Shown here one piece after another: positions 1 to 12,441 of a DNA stretch of 64,000 nt; within the stretch, counting starts at the first letter, position 1; each line of letters opens with the position of its first letter. The position numbers were made by a program, and so were the translations under genes. Source of the DNA: Octopus sinensis (Eukaryota). The DNA lies in assembly GCF_006345805.1 (NCBI RefSeq), contig NC_043000.1, positions 144,150,001-144,214,000 of the forward strand, in the 5' to 3' direction. The notes under the pieces are model-generated. The model saw nothing but the letters and a program-made list of their open reading frames with translations, was not told the DNA's origin and did no database searches.

Positions 1-1199
1 TCAAAATTGTTAGTTTCAAAGTGAGAATCGCTATCTTTTTAATCTGTTTGTCCTGTTTGTTCCGCTATTAAAAGCAACGTGTTTGCTCAGACAGTCGGCA
101 CATACCGTTTCGCTAGCAACAAGGCGAGTACATTCTTAACGCCAGAAAAAAATTCCTATGCATAGGAATGAACACAAAACCTTTGGGCTTAAGATGTGTC
201 CCGAGCAGCAAGAATACTGTGTCAACGTCTATCTACACAAATTAAAATGTGAATTCAAACGTCATGCACAGCGTTTATAAGAGGAGATCAGTTAAACGAA
301 CCACGGCGAAAAATAGGATATGTGTGAACAATAAATAATAAAAGAGGAATGAAACTAAAAATATAATTCAAAATTATTTACGAATATATCAGTGGCCCGA
401 ACATGTATGCAACATTTCTTTTCATAAAAGGAGTGTATATAATTGTAACAAAATTACAATTATGCACTATCCGTTATATATGCATGTTTCATGCGATTAT
501 TGATGCTAATACCAACACAAGAACCTAGTATCGAATTTTTTTGACAAGATGGAAGTATTAATCCAGACTCCCCTAAACTTCAAATACTGTACTTTCTTCA
601 GTACATTCAGGATAAACAGGATTTTAATATATTATACAGTTTTCAATATATCATACAGTTTGAGATATATCACAACAATAAGACTTAGATATGCAGAAGA
701 CATAATACCAGAAACGCCTTTATTCCTACGAAACAATGTGCTACAAATTTTATTCACTACAATTGATCAGATGCCGGTGTTCATATTTTAGACATATTAC
801 TTTTAAAAACGTTTATGAAGCAAAATTAATATCTCAGAAATGGTTCAATGACATGCGTATAGCATCAGAAAAAGCAATTTTAGCTGCAGCGAAATATATA
901 TAGTGGGGTGGGGGAGGCTGATTTTCGATATAGATTACAAGAATAAAGAGATTATCGGTTCCTAATTTTCTATCTGTTTTCATATCAGCATGTTATGATA
1001 TATGATAGCATATGTTGTTCACTTAGAAAAAGAGTTTACTCATCTGCAGCGACCAACCGAAATTTGCCTTGAACAAATACTATCATTTTACTGCAACATT
1101 ATTCACTCATCCGTTCTGCTATCAATGAAGAATATACCACTGCATCTAGCAATTAAGCTCCCCTCGTCTATTTCTCAATTTCAGCATCTCTCCCTTACA

Positions 1200-1201
<2 letters not shown>

Positions 1202-1254
<53 letters not shown>

Positions 1255-1382
1255 ATATATTGCACAGACACGCACATATACTATATATACACATATATGT
1301 ATGTATGTGTGTATATCTGTATTTGTATGTACATATATGTAGGGCCAGTGGCGGAGAATTGTGTCTATTCAGATATGTGTAT

Positions 1383-1440
<58 letters not shown>

Positions 1441-1468
1441 GTGTATGTATATATATATATATATATAT
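1202..1468. repeat. Compound (TA)n/(CA)n/(TG)n microsatellite
   Basis: Pure TA run 1202-1248, CA run about 1384-1408, further TA runs; source of the YIYI/HTHT ORFs. Confidence 0.95.
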
Positions 1469-2625
1469 GCGTACTTGCTATCCTATATGCATGATACTTC
1501 ATAAGTCCTAATGCTTCAATATTTACTTTATCTCTACAATTTTGTTCTTCATTCCACGCTTGCTTCCTCTCAAATAATATACTTGCATTCTCATTCTGTT
1601 TTCTTATTATATAGTACTACTTTTTATTCATCTCTTATTTCTCTCTTATCATTGCTAGTATATCTCTCATTCCCTTCAGTTTTCAATTTGACTCCAGTGT
1701 TCATTTACCACAGACTGTTCTTTACATATGCGTTTCTCACTCTCTCTCTCTCTCATCCTTAGTTATCTCCCTCATTATCTTTTGTATCATTAGTCATAGA
1801 CTTCATTCACCATAGAGAAGCAGTATTGAAATCAAGGCAACAGAAATAAGAAAACAAAACAGTGAAACAAAGGGAGGAAAATGATACAAAGGGACGAAAT
1901 ATACAATGCAGTTATAAATGTATAATAAACGATGTATTAGGAGATATACTTTTCCATGTGCAGTCGCCCATTATTTTGTATAAATGCATGCATGCAACGA
2001 GATCTGCATCAGCTGACATGCTAGATAATGTAATTAATTTTGCAGATCTCTGAACTACCAAAGTTTAGAATTAGATAGTTTAGCTAACCGAAATATTTCT
2101 GAGTGCACACGATGGGTCACCGAAGCATTAATTCTTAGAGTGATATATATAGAGACTTAGAACTCGACATCACACATAAACATACGTTCATACACAAATA
2201 TATCCACATATATATTATTATACACATATACGCGCATAGAGATATATGCCTATATATGTGTATTTGTGCGTGTTTGCACGCGTATGTACGTACTCGAAAG
2301 CATATATAAATGCATACAAAAATATAGAGAGAAATTTACATACACAGGCACACACAAGAAATATACAAATGTATTTCTATGTAAAATACAATAAGAAAAC
2401 AAAACAAAAAAAAAATGTCCACATTTGCTATTCGGGATTTCATGATGTTATCTGCATGCAGTTTATTTCGTAAATATCGAGGCTTCTTCATCGGTGAATA
2501 TGTACCTCTCTAGAGGAATCCATGGAAATACAGAAAAAAAAAGTAAGCATTCATTTGTTTGCTTAATAATTTGTTAACGATTTAAATTTTTAAAGTCGAA
2601 ATGTTACCATTTTGACTACCAATAT

Positions 2626-2642
2626 ATCTATCTATGTATCTG

Positions 2643-2705
<63 letters not shown>

Positions 2706-2760
2706 CTATATATCTATCGGTATATATATATATATATATATATTTATATGTATATATGCA
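2626..2760. repeat. (TATC)n followed by (TA)n microsatellite
   Basis: TATC tandem about 2643-2703, then a TA run. Confidence 0.95.
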
Positions 2761-2800
2761 TGTATATAAACCGATTTCTTTTGTATGTGTGTGCGTGTAG

Positions 2801-3302
2801 ATGTGTCTGTGTATGTGTCTGTGTGTGCTTTTGTGCGTGGGAAGAGATATTGTCTTTATTTGATTAAATGTAGCAACATTAATAATTTAAGATATTTTCG
2901 CTCTAAAAGACCCCAAGTATTTCTCTGCGACTAGACGTTAAGTTTGAAGCAGAATATCAAGCACATAACCACTGCAGTCTTTCTCTGCATTTGGTTGGCT
3001 TAGAAACATAGAGTTCGGATTTCTAACTAAAATGATAAAGTAAAATCTTGAAGTATATGTGTCTGTGTATGTGTCTGTGTGTGCTTGTGCGTGGGAAGAG
3101 ATATTGTCTTTATTTGATTAAATGTAGCAACATTAATAATTTAAGATATTTTCGCTCTAAAAGACCCCAAGTATTTCTAGACGTTAAGTTTGAAGCAGAA
3201 TATCAAGCACATAACCACTGCAGTCTTTCTCTGCATTTGGTTGGCTTAGAAACATAGAGTTCGGATTTCTAACTAAAATGATAAAGTAAAATCTTGAAGT
3301 AT
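2801..3302. repeat. Tandem direct duplication (256 bp + 246 bp)
   Basis: 2801-3056 is repeated at 3057-3302; copy 2 lacks 2 bp (tttt->tt) and 8 bp (ctgcgact) and otherwise reads the same. Confidence 0.95.
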
Positions 3303-4067
3303 AGACTGTTCATATAACCTCTAGTGTGAACAACTGCTGAATTAAGGATACCGCACAAACATGGCTGCGATAGAATTATTTCCTTCTCACGGAACGACCT
3401 CTCAAAGAAAGAAACGATGACCCCAGCTGCTCACTTACAAAGTAATATTAATAACATATAAAGGTTAACAGGGTGGAAGAAAGAGTGGAGCGCCAGAATG
3501 AATGCCTTATGGTATTATTCTGGCGCGCCTTTTATATATCTGAGATCGATAAAATAATTACCAGTCAAATACTGGAGTAGATTAAATTGACTACTGCTAT
3601 GCTCAATGAATTCGTAGCCTAGTACCGATGATAGAAATCAATACTATGAAAGCATAATGAATTCTGATATTAGTATCTTGATACGAATATGTACGGTAGA
3701 GCAATCGATAGCGCAACATGGATTTTATCTAATCATATGTCTAGAACAGCACCGACCCTGACATTGTACTAAATACATGAGCAATGGCTCAATATATATT
3801 TTTGTTACATCAAATAGACCTGTGTGTTTGACACGGCGCTTATACTCATATACTACACAGTGGTGGTAGAGTCTCCGTCGGTTTCGAAGATGTGCTTTCA
3901 GTTTATTAATTGCGAATTGTGGATGATATATAATAAAAGAAGGAATATTTCATCGGTACATGTATCCTTAATCTAATCCCCGAGCCGACCTGTCTGGACT
4001 TCGCATTTAAAGTCACAATGCAGAAATAAAGGGAAATATTGTGAGTGTGTGTGAGATATGTAATACA

Positions 4068-4374
4068 GGGTAAAGACCCCCTTCGGTCATGAATGACCAT
4101 GGGATTGCACCTAGAAAGTTACCCTCCTAGACACAAGTCCGGGCAAGGTTGTTTATGGAAGGCTAGCAGTCGCCCATGCATACCGGCCTCCCCTCTCCAC
4201 GCCACCAGTGTTATCCAAAGGAAAGACAAAGGTCGATACAGCTTGGCACCAGTGACGTCGCAACTCATTTCTACAGCTGAGTGAACTGGAGCAACGTGAA
4301 ATAAAGTGCCTTGCTCGAGAACACAACCTCACGATCGTAAGCTCGACGCTCTAACCACTGAGCCATGCGCCTTC
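4068..4374 (-). mobile_element. tRNA-derived SINE with a CORE-like central domain
   Basis: Minus strand reads gaaggcgcatggctcagtggttagagcgtcgagcttacgatcgtgagg (A-box tRNA head), then gagcaaggcactttatttcacgttgctccagttcactcagctgtagaaatgagt (CORE-like). Confidence 0.8.
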
Positions 4375-4668
4375 GCAATGGCCCAGTGGTTAGGACAGCG
4401 GACTCGCGGTCGTAGGATCGTGGTTTCGATTCCCAGACCGGAATTATTGAGCGAAAACACCTAAAGCCCCACGAGGCTCCGGCAGGGGATGGTGGTGATC
4501 CCTGCTGTACTCTTTCACCACAACTTTCTCTCACTCTTACTTCCTGTTTCTGTTGTACCTGTATTTCAAGGGGCCGGCCTTGTCACTCTCTGTGTCACGC
4601 TGAATATCCCCGAGAACTACGTTAAGTGTACACGTGTCTGTGGAGTGCTCAGCCACTTACACGTTAAG
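4375..4668 (+). mobile_element. tRNA-derived SINE, 3'-truncated; same family as 21111-21495
   Basis: gcaatggcccagtggttagg...ggtttcgattccc (A/B boxes); colinear with 21118-21422. Confidence 0.9.
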
Positions 4669-4678
4669 ATGTAATACA

Positions 4679-4717
<39 letters not shown>

Positions 4718-4982
4718 AATTAATAAATAAATAAAACATATGCATATATACATACATACATGTACTACCTACCTCTACATGTATATATACATGCATATAT
4801 GACACCAAAAAAAAATGTAGAACACAATGAGAAACGAAAACATAAACACAAAACCAAGGAAATGGACATTTTTTTAAACAACGAAAAAATAGAGTACAGG
4901 ACATACAAAACATGGAAAATTCCCCTTCTTCAGTCGCCTTACATTCATCTACTCCACGTTTCGAAGGTCATATATATATACG

Positions 4983-5290
4983 TGTGGAGGCGCAATGGCC
5001 CAGTGGTTAGGGCAGCGGACTCGCGGTCGTAGGATCGCGGTTTTTATTCCCAGACCAGGCGTTGTGAGTCTTTATTGAGCGAAAACACCTAAAAGCTCCA
5101 CGAGGCTCCGGTAGGGGGTGGTGATCTCTGCTGTACTCATTCACCACTCTTTCTCTCACTCATTCTTCTGTTAGCCTGCTCGCTTAGCCAGCGGGGTGGC
5201 GTCATTCGAAGGCTAAAACAATGCGAACGCATTGTGACCAGCGATGTGTAGCAACATCTGATGGTCTGGTCGGTCACGTGATCACGTGAT
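4983..5290 (+). mobile_element. tRNA-derived SINE with the same head as 21111-21495 but a different 3' half
   Basis: Matches the 21111 copy up to about ctctcactc (5160), then switches to an unrelated tail ending gtcacgtgatcacgtgat. Confidence 0.85.
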
Positions 5291-5782
5291 ATATATATAT
5301 ATACGTATGTGTGTATGCATATGCATGTATGTGTGTGTATGTATGTATGTATGTATGTATGTATGTATGTATGTATGTATGTATGTATGTATGTATGATA
5401 CTGAGAAAATGAAGGAGAGAGATTGTGGATTGAAAAGGACAGGAATCGACTCCTGGAATGAACTAATACTTTACCGTGATCTGAAAAACAGAAAACGAAA
5501 CTGGAAGTCAATGGACTTGAGTTCATGTTAGAAAAAGGATGTAAATTAAATATTGGCTGATAATATTGGAATTAAGATTCGTTTGTAGGGAAGGGTAAAT
5601 CTTACATCAAGCCCAGTTTTGATAGATAGCTCAATAAAGAGGTGCCTATCAATATTACTGAATCGAAAAGTAGATAGTATCTCATCTATTCTGATAAATC
5701 TGCGTATATAGCAGTATTTTAATGATTCCCTTCTTACAATTAAACATTTTTGACTAAAATATTTCACTGGTATTTTTTTCCT

Positions 5783-6375
5783 CTAGTTTCAGCTCAGAGA
5801 TGTGGCTATGCTGATGCACCGCCGTTTTGCTACACTGTTATTACTAAAAGCCTCCCCTAATATGTGGCACTTGGTGAAGCATGGCGTTTGATATAGCTAC
5901 CCTCATTTGCACCGCTTGCCGTGAGGTAGGTTCATCTGGGACTCTCGACAGGAAGAGGTCCACCTTTTATTTAAAAATCCCTACATCTACTTTGTGCAGG
6001 TTCCTACGACTCTTTGGGAGAATATTAAAAAGCGGTGGGCCCTTGAAATCTAGGTTGTTGCAGTAACTGGTCCTGAAGCGTGATGGCATTGCTGGGACCT
6101 TTGGTACTATGCAGTGTCGTCCCGTTCTGGCACTGGTGTAGCTTTCAATACCAAAATTTGGCACAATTCCTTCCAGGATCTTCCAGATATATATTACTGC
6201 TTATCTCTCCTGTCTTCTCTCCAGGAAGTAGAGTCTTAACTCTTTCAACCTTTCCCAGTAGCTGAGCTGTTTTAAAGAGACGATCTCCTTTGTGAATCTT
6301 CTCTGGATTGCTTCAAGGTCCGCTGTTAATTTCACACTGGTGGGTGACCATAGCTGTGAGCAGTAATCCAGATGG
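5783..6375 (-). mobile_element. CR1-type LINE 3' fragment (decayed ORF2 C-terminus + 3'UTR)
   Basis: Minus translation HLDYCSQLWSPTSVKLTADLEAIQRRFTKEI...SYWERLKELRLYFLERRQER...IWKILEGIVPN...GPPLFNILPK, typical of the CR1 post-RT region; homologous to 55220-55770. Confidence 0.85.
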
Positions 6376-7529
6376 TATTCGTGAGATTAACTAGCGCAAG
6401 GAGCCAATATTATGAGTTATTAGCTCAAGAGAATTAAAACATTCTCATTCTGCAAGTTGATTACCGTAATGTTGAGCAAAATAATAAACATTTAACGCGC
6501 TGACGGAAAGAAATATAATCAATTTATTCAAAAAGAGAAACAAAAAATTCATTTGATTGACACATTCGTCCCTGCACACAATAATTATATTATTAAATGA
6601 ACGGAAATAAATGTATTCAACGAACTGAAGTCGAAGAAGAGATATCAAACACGTGTGAATCAAACATGGCAACATTCGCCGTGAAAAGGTGCACATTAAA
6701 CGAGAGAGCAAAATAACATTGCGACATTTATAATAAAATATCACTGAATAGAATTCGGGAAATACACCTAAATTCTGGCTGTCATAAATGAATATTTCAA
6801 ACAATTTAATGAACGTCAAATGTACAACACATGAAGCATGAACTAAAATCTTGTGTATGAAGTTTGACATCATCATTATCAACATCATCATCATCATCAT
6901 CCACGTCATCGACGTCGTCGTCATCATCGTCATCATCGTTATATCCAGAATGTAAAATATTGCTAGTATTATTTTGTTCATGGTTAAAAAACAGATTGAA
7001 AAAAATGACAGCAGAATATTTTATTGATCTTGCTTTACCTTTATTTTCTTGGATTGTACATGGCTATCCTGTGTCAGTATTTTATCAGACAGGATTAGGC
7101 CTCACATCACTTTTACAAATTACAAATGTGATGATGCTTACCTTCGAAGTATTTTAAACCTTTTGTATAATTTGTGTAATTGGAAGTAAACGCGTAAATT
7201 TTAAGTTCGTTTCTTCATAATATTATTGTCCTAGCATTCATAAAATTTATGTTTATCGTATGCTTCTATGTCCGTATGCTAAAGTCCATATGAATTGAGC
7301 ATTGCTATCTTATAGTATGAGGGAGTTTGATGAAATTCACAAAGTATTTCCTTGAAGCAGGTAAAATCAAAAGACTTCTGCTGCTTTGTCGCTAAGTATA
7401 TTTCGTTAAAGCTACTCTTTCGGTTAGTATACTTCGTTAAAGCTACACTAGGACATTTTGATACAATGCTATTTTGATTTATTGGTATGGTAACAAGGAC
7501 GATTTGAGAAGATACGGCCCTGTATGATT

Positions 7530-8690
7530 CGTGTAGCGCATCGGCTAACTGTTTAGAAAAGCCACTCATCAGACTGTCGAATCTTCCCGATGATCAACGG
7601 TCGAGGAATGAATCACACTAACTATTCACTCTCGCATATCTTCTAGAACGAGGGAAAGCATATCAACATTACCATATCTACAAAGTATATCAATACTACC
7701 CTATCATCAAAGCATATCAAAATTTCTGTTAACAGCGTCGAGAAGAATACGGCGCTGAAACCGGCAGAGATACAAAAAGACGAAGCGCAATACTTCATAT
7801 TTTGAAAGCGGATGAAGGTGATATTAGCCACCAATATTGAACTAATAGCAACACCCGTATGAATTCTAGTCGGGAATTTAGTGGCCAAACAAGAAGATAA
7901 CTACTCTCCAAACATTTTTTCATCGCTTGTCTTGAAATGGTAAACAGATAGTGATTAGAAATGTGACATAAACAGCAACAGAGGGTTTTTAATGCATCTC
8001 TGATTCACAGACGATACCGTACAATCGCAGAAGTCTCAGATAAGTAGCAAACTATCACTCAGAGCTGGACATCCAGATTTCATTAGTACGTCTCAAATAT
8101 ATAGCGAATTAAAACAAAATACATACAGTCCGAAAACGTACAACGAAGCCGAACAGTGGTGAGAAGCGATGTAATCGATGAGATGAAAGAATATGTCTAA
8201 ACAGTAAGTATATAGCGAGACATATCTTACAGAGGATAAGAAGAAGCTGACAAACATCTGTCCTGGTGAAAGACGCGTTCACCGCTCAGCTGCACAACAC
8301 TTTACGCATTTATGGCTTCAACAGAATCGTGCTATTGTGCTTTTTTATGTAAGTGCCGCATTGGTTGCGATGAAGAAAGAAGACTTATTACAAGTTACGA
8401 AACAAATCCACATGGACAGATTCATGCTAGGAATATAGTTGCTGGATCTTATGCGACACGAATTAATTTGAGATCAGATTGGAGTGGACGATATTAAATA
8501 TCAGGATCAAAAACACTGCTGCGCTGGATATATTCTAAGTTTGCCTGTTACAATTGAACCCGTGCTATTGTCTACGTTATCCGAGAAGTGACAGAAACAC
8601 ACGGAAGAACTTCAAGTCTGTGAGAACCTGTTATATTCAGAGAGTTCGGGCCTGATTGAAGGACTTCAGTGCGATCATAGAAAGAATGGA
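7530..8690 (+). mobile_element. Highly decayed RTE-clade LINE reverse transcriptase fragment
   Basis: Frame-shifted remnants in the expected order: KQEDNYSP (~RQGDTISP), IACLEMV, HL*FTDDTV (~HLRFADDIV, about 7995-8020), DEMKEYV, MDRFMLGI, RHELI*DQIGVDDI, KHCCAGYI (~KWRWAGHI). Confidence 0.7.
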
Positions 8691-8717
8691 CACGTATATA
8701 TATATATATATATATAT

Positions 8718-8963
8718 TATATTAAATTAGAGACAAAACCACTATTAGGCAAATCATACAATGAAAAACCTAAGCCAATACATAAGATTAATTAATTTAT
8801 ATTATTCAAATATATATCAAAATTATTAAAAAAGATAATTAATTATTGTTTTAAATAATTTTGTTATATATTTAAATAATATAAATTAATTAATCTTATG
8901 TATTGGCTTAAGCTTTTCATTGTATGATTTGCCTAATAGTGGTTTTATCTCTAATTTAATATA
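8718..8963. repeat. Near-perfect spacerless palindrome (123 bp arms) beside a (TA)n tract
   Basis: attaaattagagacaaaaccactattaggcaaatcatacaatgaaaa... mirrored by ...ttttcattgtatgatttgcctaatagtggttttatctctaatttaat; centre at 8840/8841. Confidence 0.9.
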
Positions 8964-9864
8964 GTATAATATTTTACTATAAAATTGGATTCAATCCTAA
9001 ATCTGATTTTTCCCTGTAAGTTTGGATTTATTCCCTAATATTTTATTATTAATTTATATATATATATATATATATAACAATGTAGAGAAAAAGAGTAAGA
9101 CGAAAAAATCGAATATCCAGTTCGTGAAGGATTGGCCATATGAAAGAAAGCAGTTAGGATCATTTCACCGCTTTGGATTTGTGTGCAATTCGCATATATA
9201 TCCTTTTTCGAAGGTGCTTTAGTATCAGAATTCCCTTGCTACAGAAATATTAGCTGTGTTATATTTTGTATGATAATCTGCGTGAAAACACAGCAGGTCT
9301 TCTTTTGAGTTTGGAAGGCAGTGGGTAATAGATAACTGCATTTTAGTCCTTCCTTATAACTCAGCAGGCCATTATTCCTTCTACGTAGGCATTACATAAT
9401 AAGGTTTCAGACTTATATTGTTGTATGTAATTTTCAGTAAGTAAATCTATCTTATTACTGTCCATGGAATTTCGCTTGGATTTGTTCAACTCTCATTTAA
9501 TATTGGCTGGTTCTGTAACTGTATTTATAGCACATATACTAATCGCAAAATTAAGATGAGCTTTATAACGTATTCGAATCTACCAAACTATATTTTCTCA
9601 TTTTCCTTTTCTCATTTTTACATATGGGGCTATTAAAACTGCAGGCAATTATTTGCAGGAAGCAGACTTGTACAGCTACGGTATTAACCACCTCTCTATA
9701 ACTCTACTCATGTACTTTCAGTTGCTGCAATACCTTATCTTGTGTTACTTGTGAAATTGTTTGTCGAACATATTTTACTGAGCAAATTTTCGTTCTCTTT
9801 TACACTACGGTTTGCCTACATTTAAGAAAACTTGTTTTCGAATTTTATTACGTTAAGACGGATA

Positions 9865-10257
9865 TCTTTATATATAAAAGTGAAGTTTTGTGTCTGTCTC
9901 CTACGATTTAGATTCCTAACTACTCCCACATTTTGCGGTGCAGTTTAACCAAAACCGGGTATCTTATAGTCGTGATTCATATCGAGCCCTTCTGGGTATT
10001 AGCGCGCGTCTACGATGTGTCTACGATTTAAAAAAAATTAACATAATTGTTTTCCATTTTAATGCATTTTCTCGCTATTATATAAGGGAAGTAACTCTCT
10101 AAAAATGTCTACGATGAGTCAACGATTAAAAAAAAATTACCGTCATTTTTTTCCATTTTCAATGCATTTTTTTGCTATTTTTTGGCTATAACTCTCTAAA
10201 AATGCTTATATAGTTATTTCCCTTACAAACCCGAGCAACGCCGGGTGATACTGCTAG
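9865..10257 (+). mobile_element. Non-autonomous Helitron
   Basis: Starts A|TCtttatatataaaa and ends CTAG|T with no TSD; subterminal hairpin acccg-agcaacgc-cgggt at 10229-10246; internal ~100 bp duplication (about 10009-10200). Confidence 0.85.
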
Positions 10258-11129
10258 TTCTTTAATAATTTAGAGTTTGCATTCATTGCCTATCTATTAT
10301 GTACATGTTATCATCTTTACTATCAGAAAATGCAGTGTAATCGACACCACACAATGTCTAAGAATTTCACGAGAAGGAGGTGGATGGAAACTTGAACCCG
10401 GTATTTGCTTGAGTGCAATAGAGTTGAATCCGCTGAAGGTCCATCAAGGTACCAGGTGGTATATAGAAACCTAATGATAGGCTAAGTCTACTAGCGAAGT
10501 TGACAGCAATGTGATTTGAACTCGTAACAGATTGAGTCAGAACAAAGGCCACAACGTATTCGCTCCGACATTCTTACAGTTCAGCGAATCCATCGCCCTC
10601 CTCTTGATTTCTTCTTGATCTGATTTACATCGTCCAGTGCCGGATCAATATCGACATATTTGTTTCCAACATCGATGCTTCGATCGTCTGTATGATGTAG
10701 ACATTTTTATAATTGCATTGAAGCTGCATCACACAGCGGTTAAAAGAGCGATATGCGTTTAGAATAATCTATTACACAAATTTGGTGTCAGTCACTTCTG
10801 TGGTAGTGTCAATAGAAGCAAAGTATGTGTTGAAATTACTCATGTGTTTGTGTATGTCTTCGCATATGTGCGCGCCTCTGTGTCTGTGTGTGTGTGATTC
10901 ATCATACAGTCATTAAACGTAGCATGATTCACCATGGTATACATCATGAAATGACGTATACCATCATTACAATAAAGTTCTGTAATAATTGGTGAGAGGA
11001 AAGCATTTTTTAATTCTGTCATATACAAACTTGACTAAAGTTGACTTTTTAGATATTTCGCTAGACTTAAGAACGAAACGCTTCCAAGCCCTGCCATAAA
11101 CCAAGTGAAATATTTATGTATGCACACAG

Positions 11130-11545
11130 ACTTATCACAACTTTATTGTCGTCAAAAACCTTATAACAAACATTAATAATACGAAGTCTAACCTCTCATC
11201 CTCAAAAGAGATGTTTGATAAGGCACTCCCTTAGCATAACGGTGTCTGACTTGTACGACAGAGAATTTAAACAGAAGATATACAATATTATCAACAAAAA
11301 AATTCTTATAATAAATTAAGATAAGTTATATTAATATAACAAACTAAGTTATATAATATTATAACTAATATATAATAAACTAAGATTAGTTATATATAAG
11401 TTATATAAGTTATTTGTTCCACATTTCTCCTTCTATGTTTAGATTATTGTAGGTAAAAAATTCGTAACAGTGATTGAAAAACATTTCCCCAATAGTCATA
11501 GATATAAGAAAAGCTTCAATAGAATTTCAGTCAACGTTTCCAGGA
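11130..11545 (+). mobile_element. Penelope-like element remnant (RT C-terminal/linker region)
   Basis: Translates VVKNLITNINNTKSNLSSSKEMFDKALP ... FVPHFSFYV*IIVGKKFVTVIEKHFPNSHRYKKSFNRISVNVS, resembling the PLE motif WFNPPFS..V.TNIGKKFL.LIDKHFP..H.L.KIFNR..VKVSY. Confidence 0.75.
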
Positions 11546-12009
11546 GCTTCAACTCCGCCAAATAAGGCATAACAAACAAATGTATGAAGAAAGCTCTGTC
11601 TCCAAAATTAAATGATTATCAGGCTCAGTGGACCGGTTTCTGAGTTATGTATATCGACTCTATACCTGAAGTTTATTTGTAAAAGTTTAAAAGGGCAGGT
11701 ATTATGTTATAGGCAGTGGAGCCTGATAGTCTTTTAATTTGCGGGTTGAAGATTTTTTGCATGTTAGTGAGCCATTGGAATATTTTGTTATTTTAATCTC
11801 AGAAAAAAATTATATAGATATTACGGTATTTTACGAATTGCTAAAATCTTTCGTCTGTATATTCTTACTTCACATTCCGCAGGAGTCAACTTTGCCATTT
11901 AGCCTAGCAGGATTGAAAAAGTAAGTACCAGTTAAATACTGGGGTTGATGTATTCGATTATCACCTTCCTTCAATATCTTAGGGCCTTGTGCCTCTAACA
12001 GAAATACTA

Positions 12010-12211
12010 CTTTACTTGTTTCAGTCTTTTGACTGTGGCCATGATGGAGCCAGCCTTTAGTTGAGCAAATCGACTCCAGGACTTATTTTCTTAAGTCTAG
12101 TACTTATTCTATAGGTCTATTTTGCCGAACCACTATCTTAAAGTGACGTAAACACATCAGCATCGGTTGTCAAGTGATGTTGGGGGACAAACACAGACAT
12201 ACACACACACA

Positions 12212-12280
<69 letters not shown>

Positions 12281-12441
12281 CTATACGACGGGCTTCTTTC
12301 AGCTTCCGTCTACCAAATCCACTCACAAGTCTTTGGTCGGCCCGAGGCTATAGTAGAAGACACTTGCCGAAGATGCCACGCAGTGGGACTGAACCCGGAA
12401 CCATGTGGTTGGTAAGCAAGTTGCTTACCACACAGCCACTC
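12010..12441 (-). mobile_element. SINE with an internal (TA)/(TG) microsatellite (family also at 13823 and 35081)
   Basis: Shares cttgtgagtggatttggtagacggaa.ctgaaagaagcccgtcgtat and the tail gactgaaacaagtaaa with the two other copies. Confidence 0.85.

Noticed and set aside
1002-1511. ORFs rich in YI/HT/CV repeats (also at 26377-27995, 30438-30814, 39095-39496, 49514-49787, 53686-54245)
   Set aside because: They are translations of dinucleotide microsatellites, which lack stop codons; no protein-like content.
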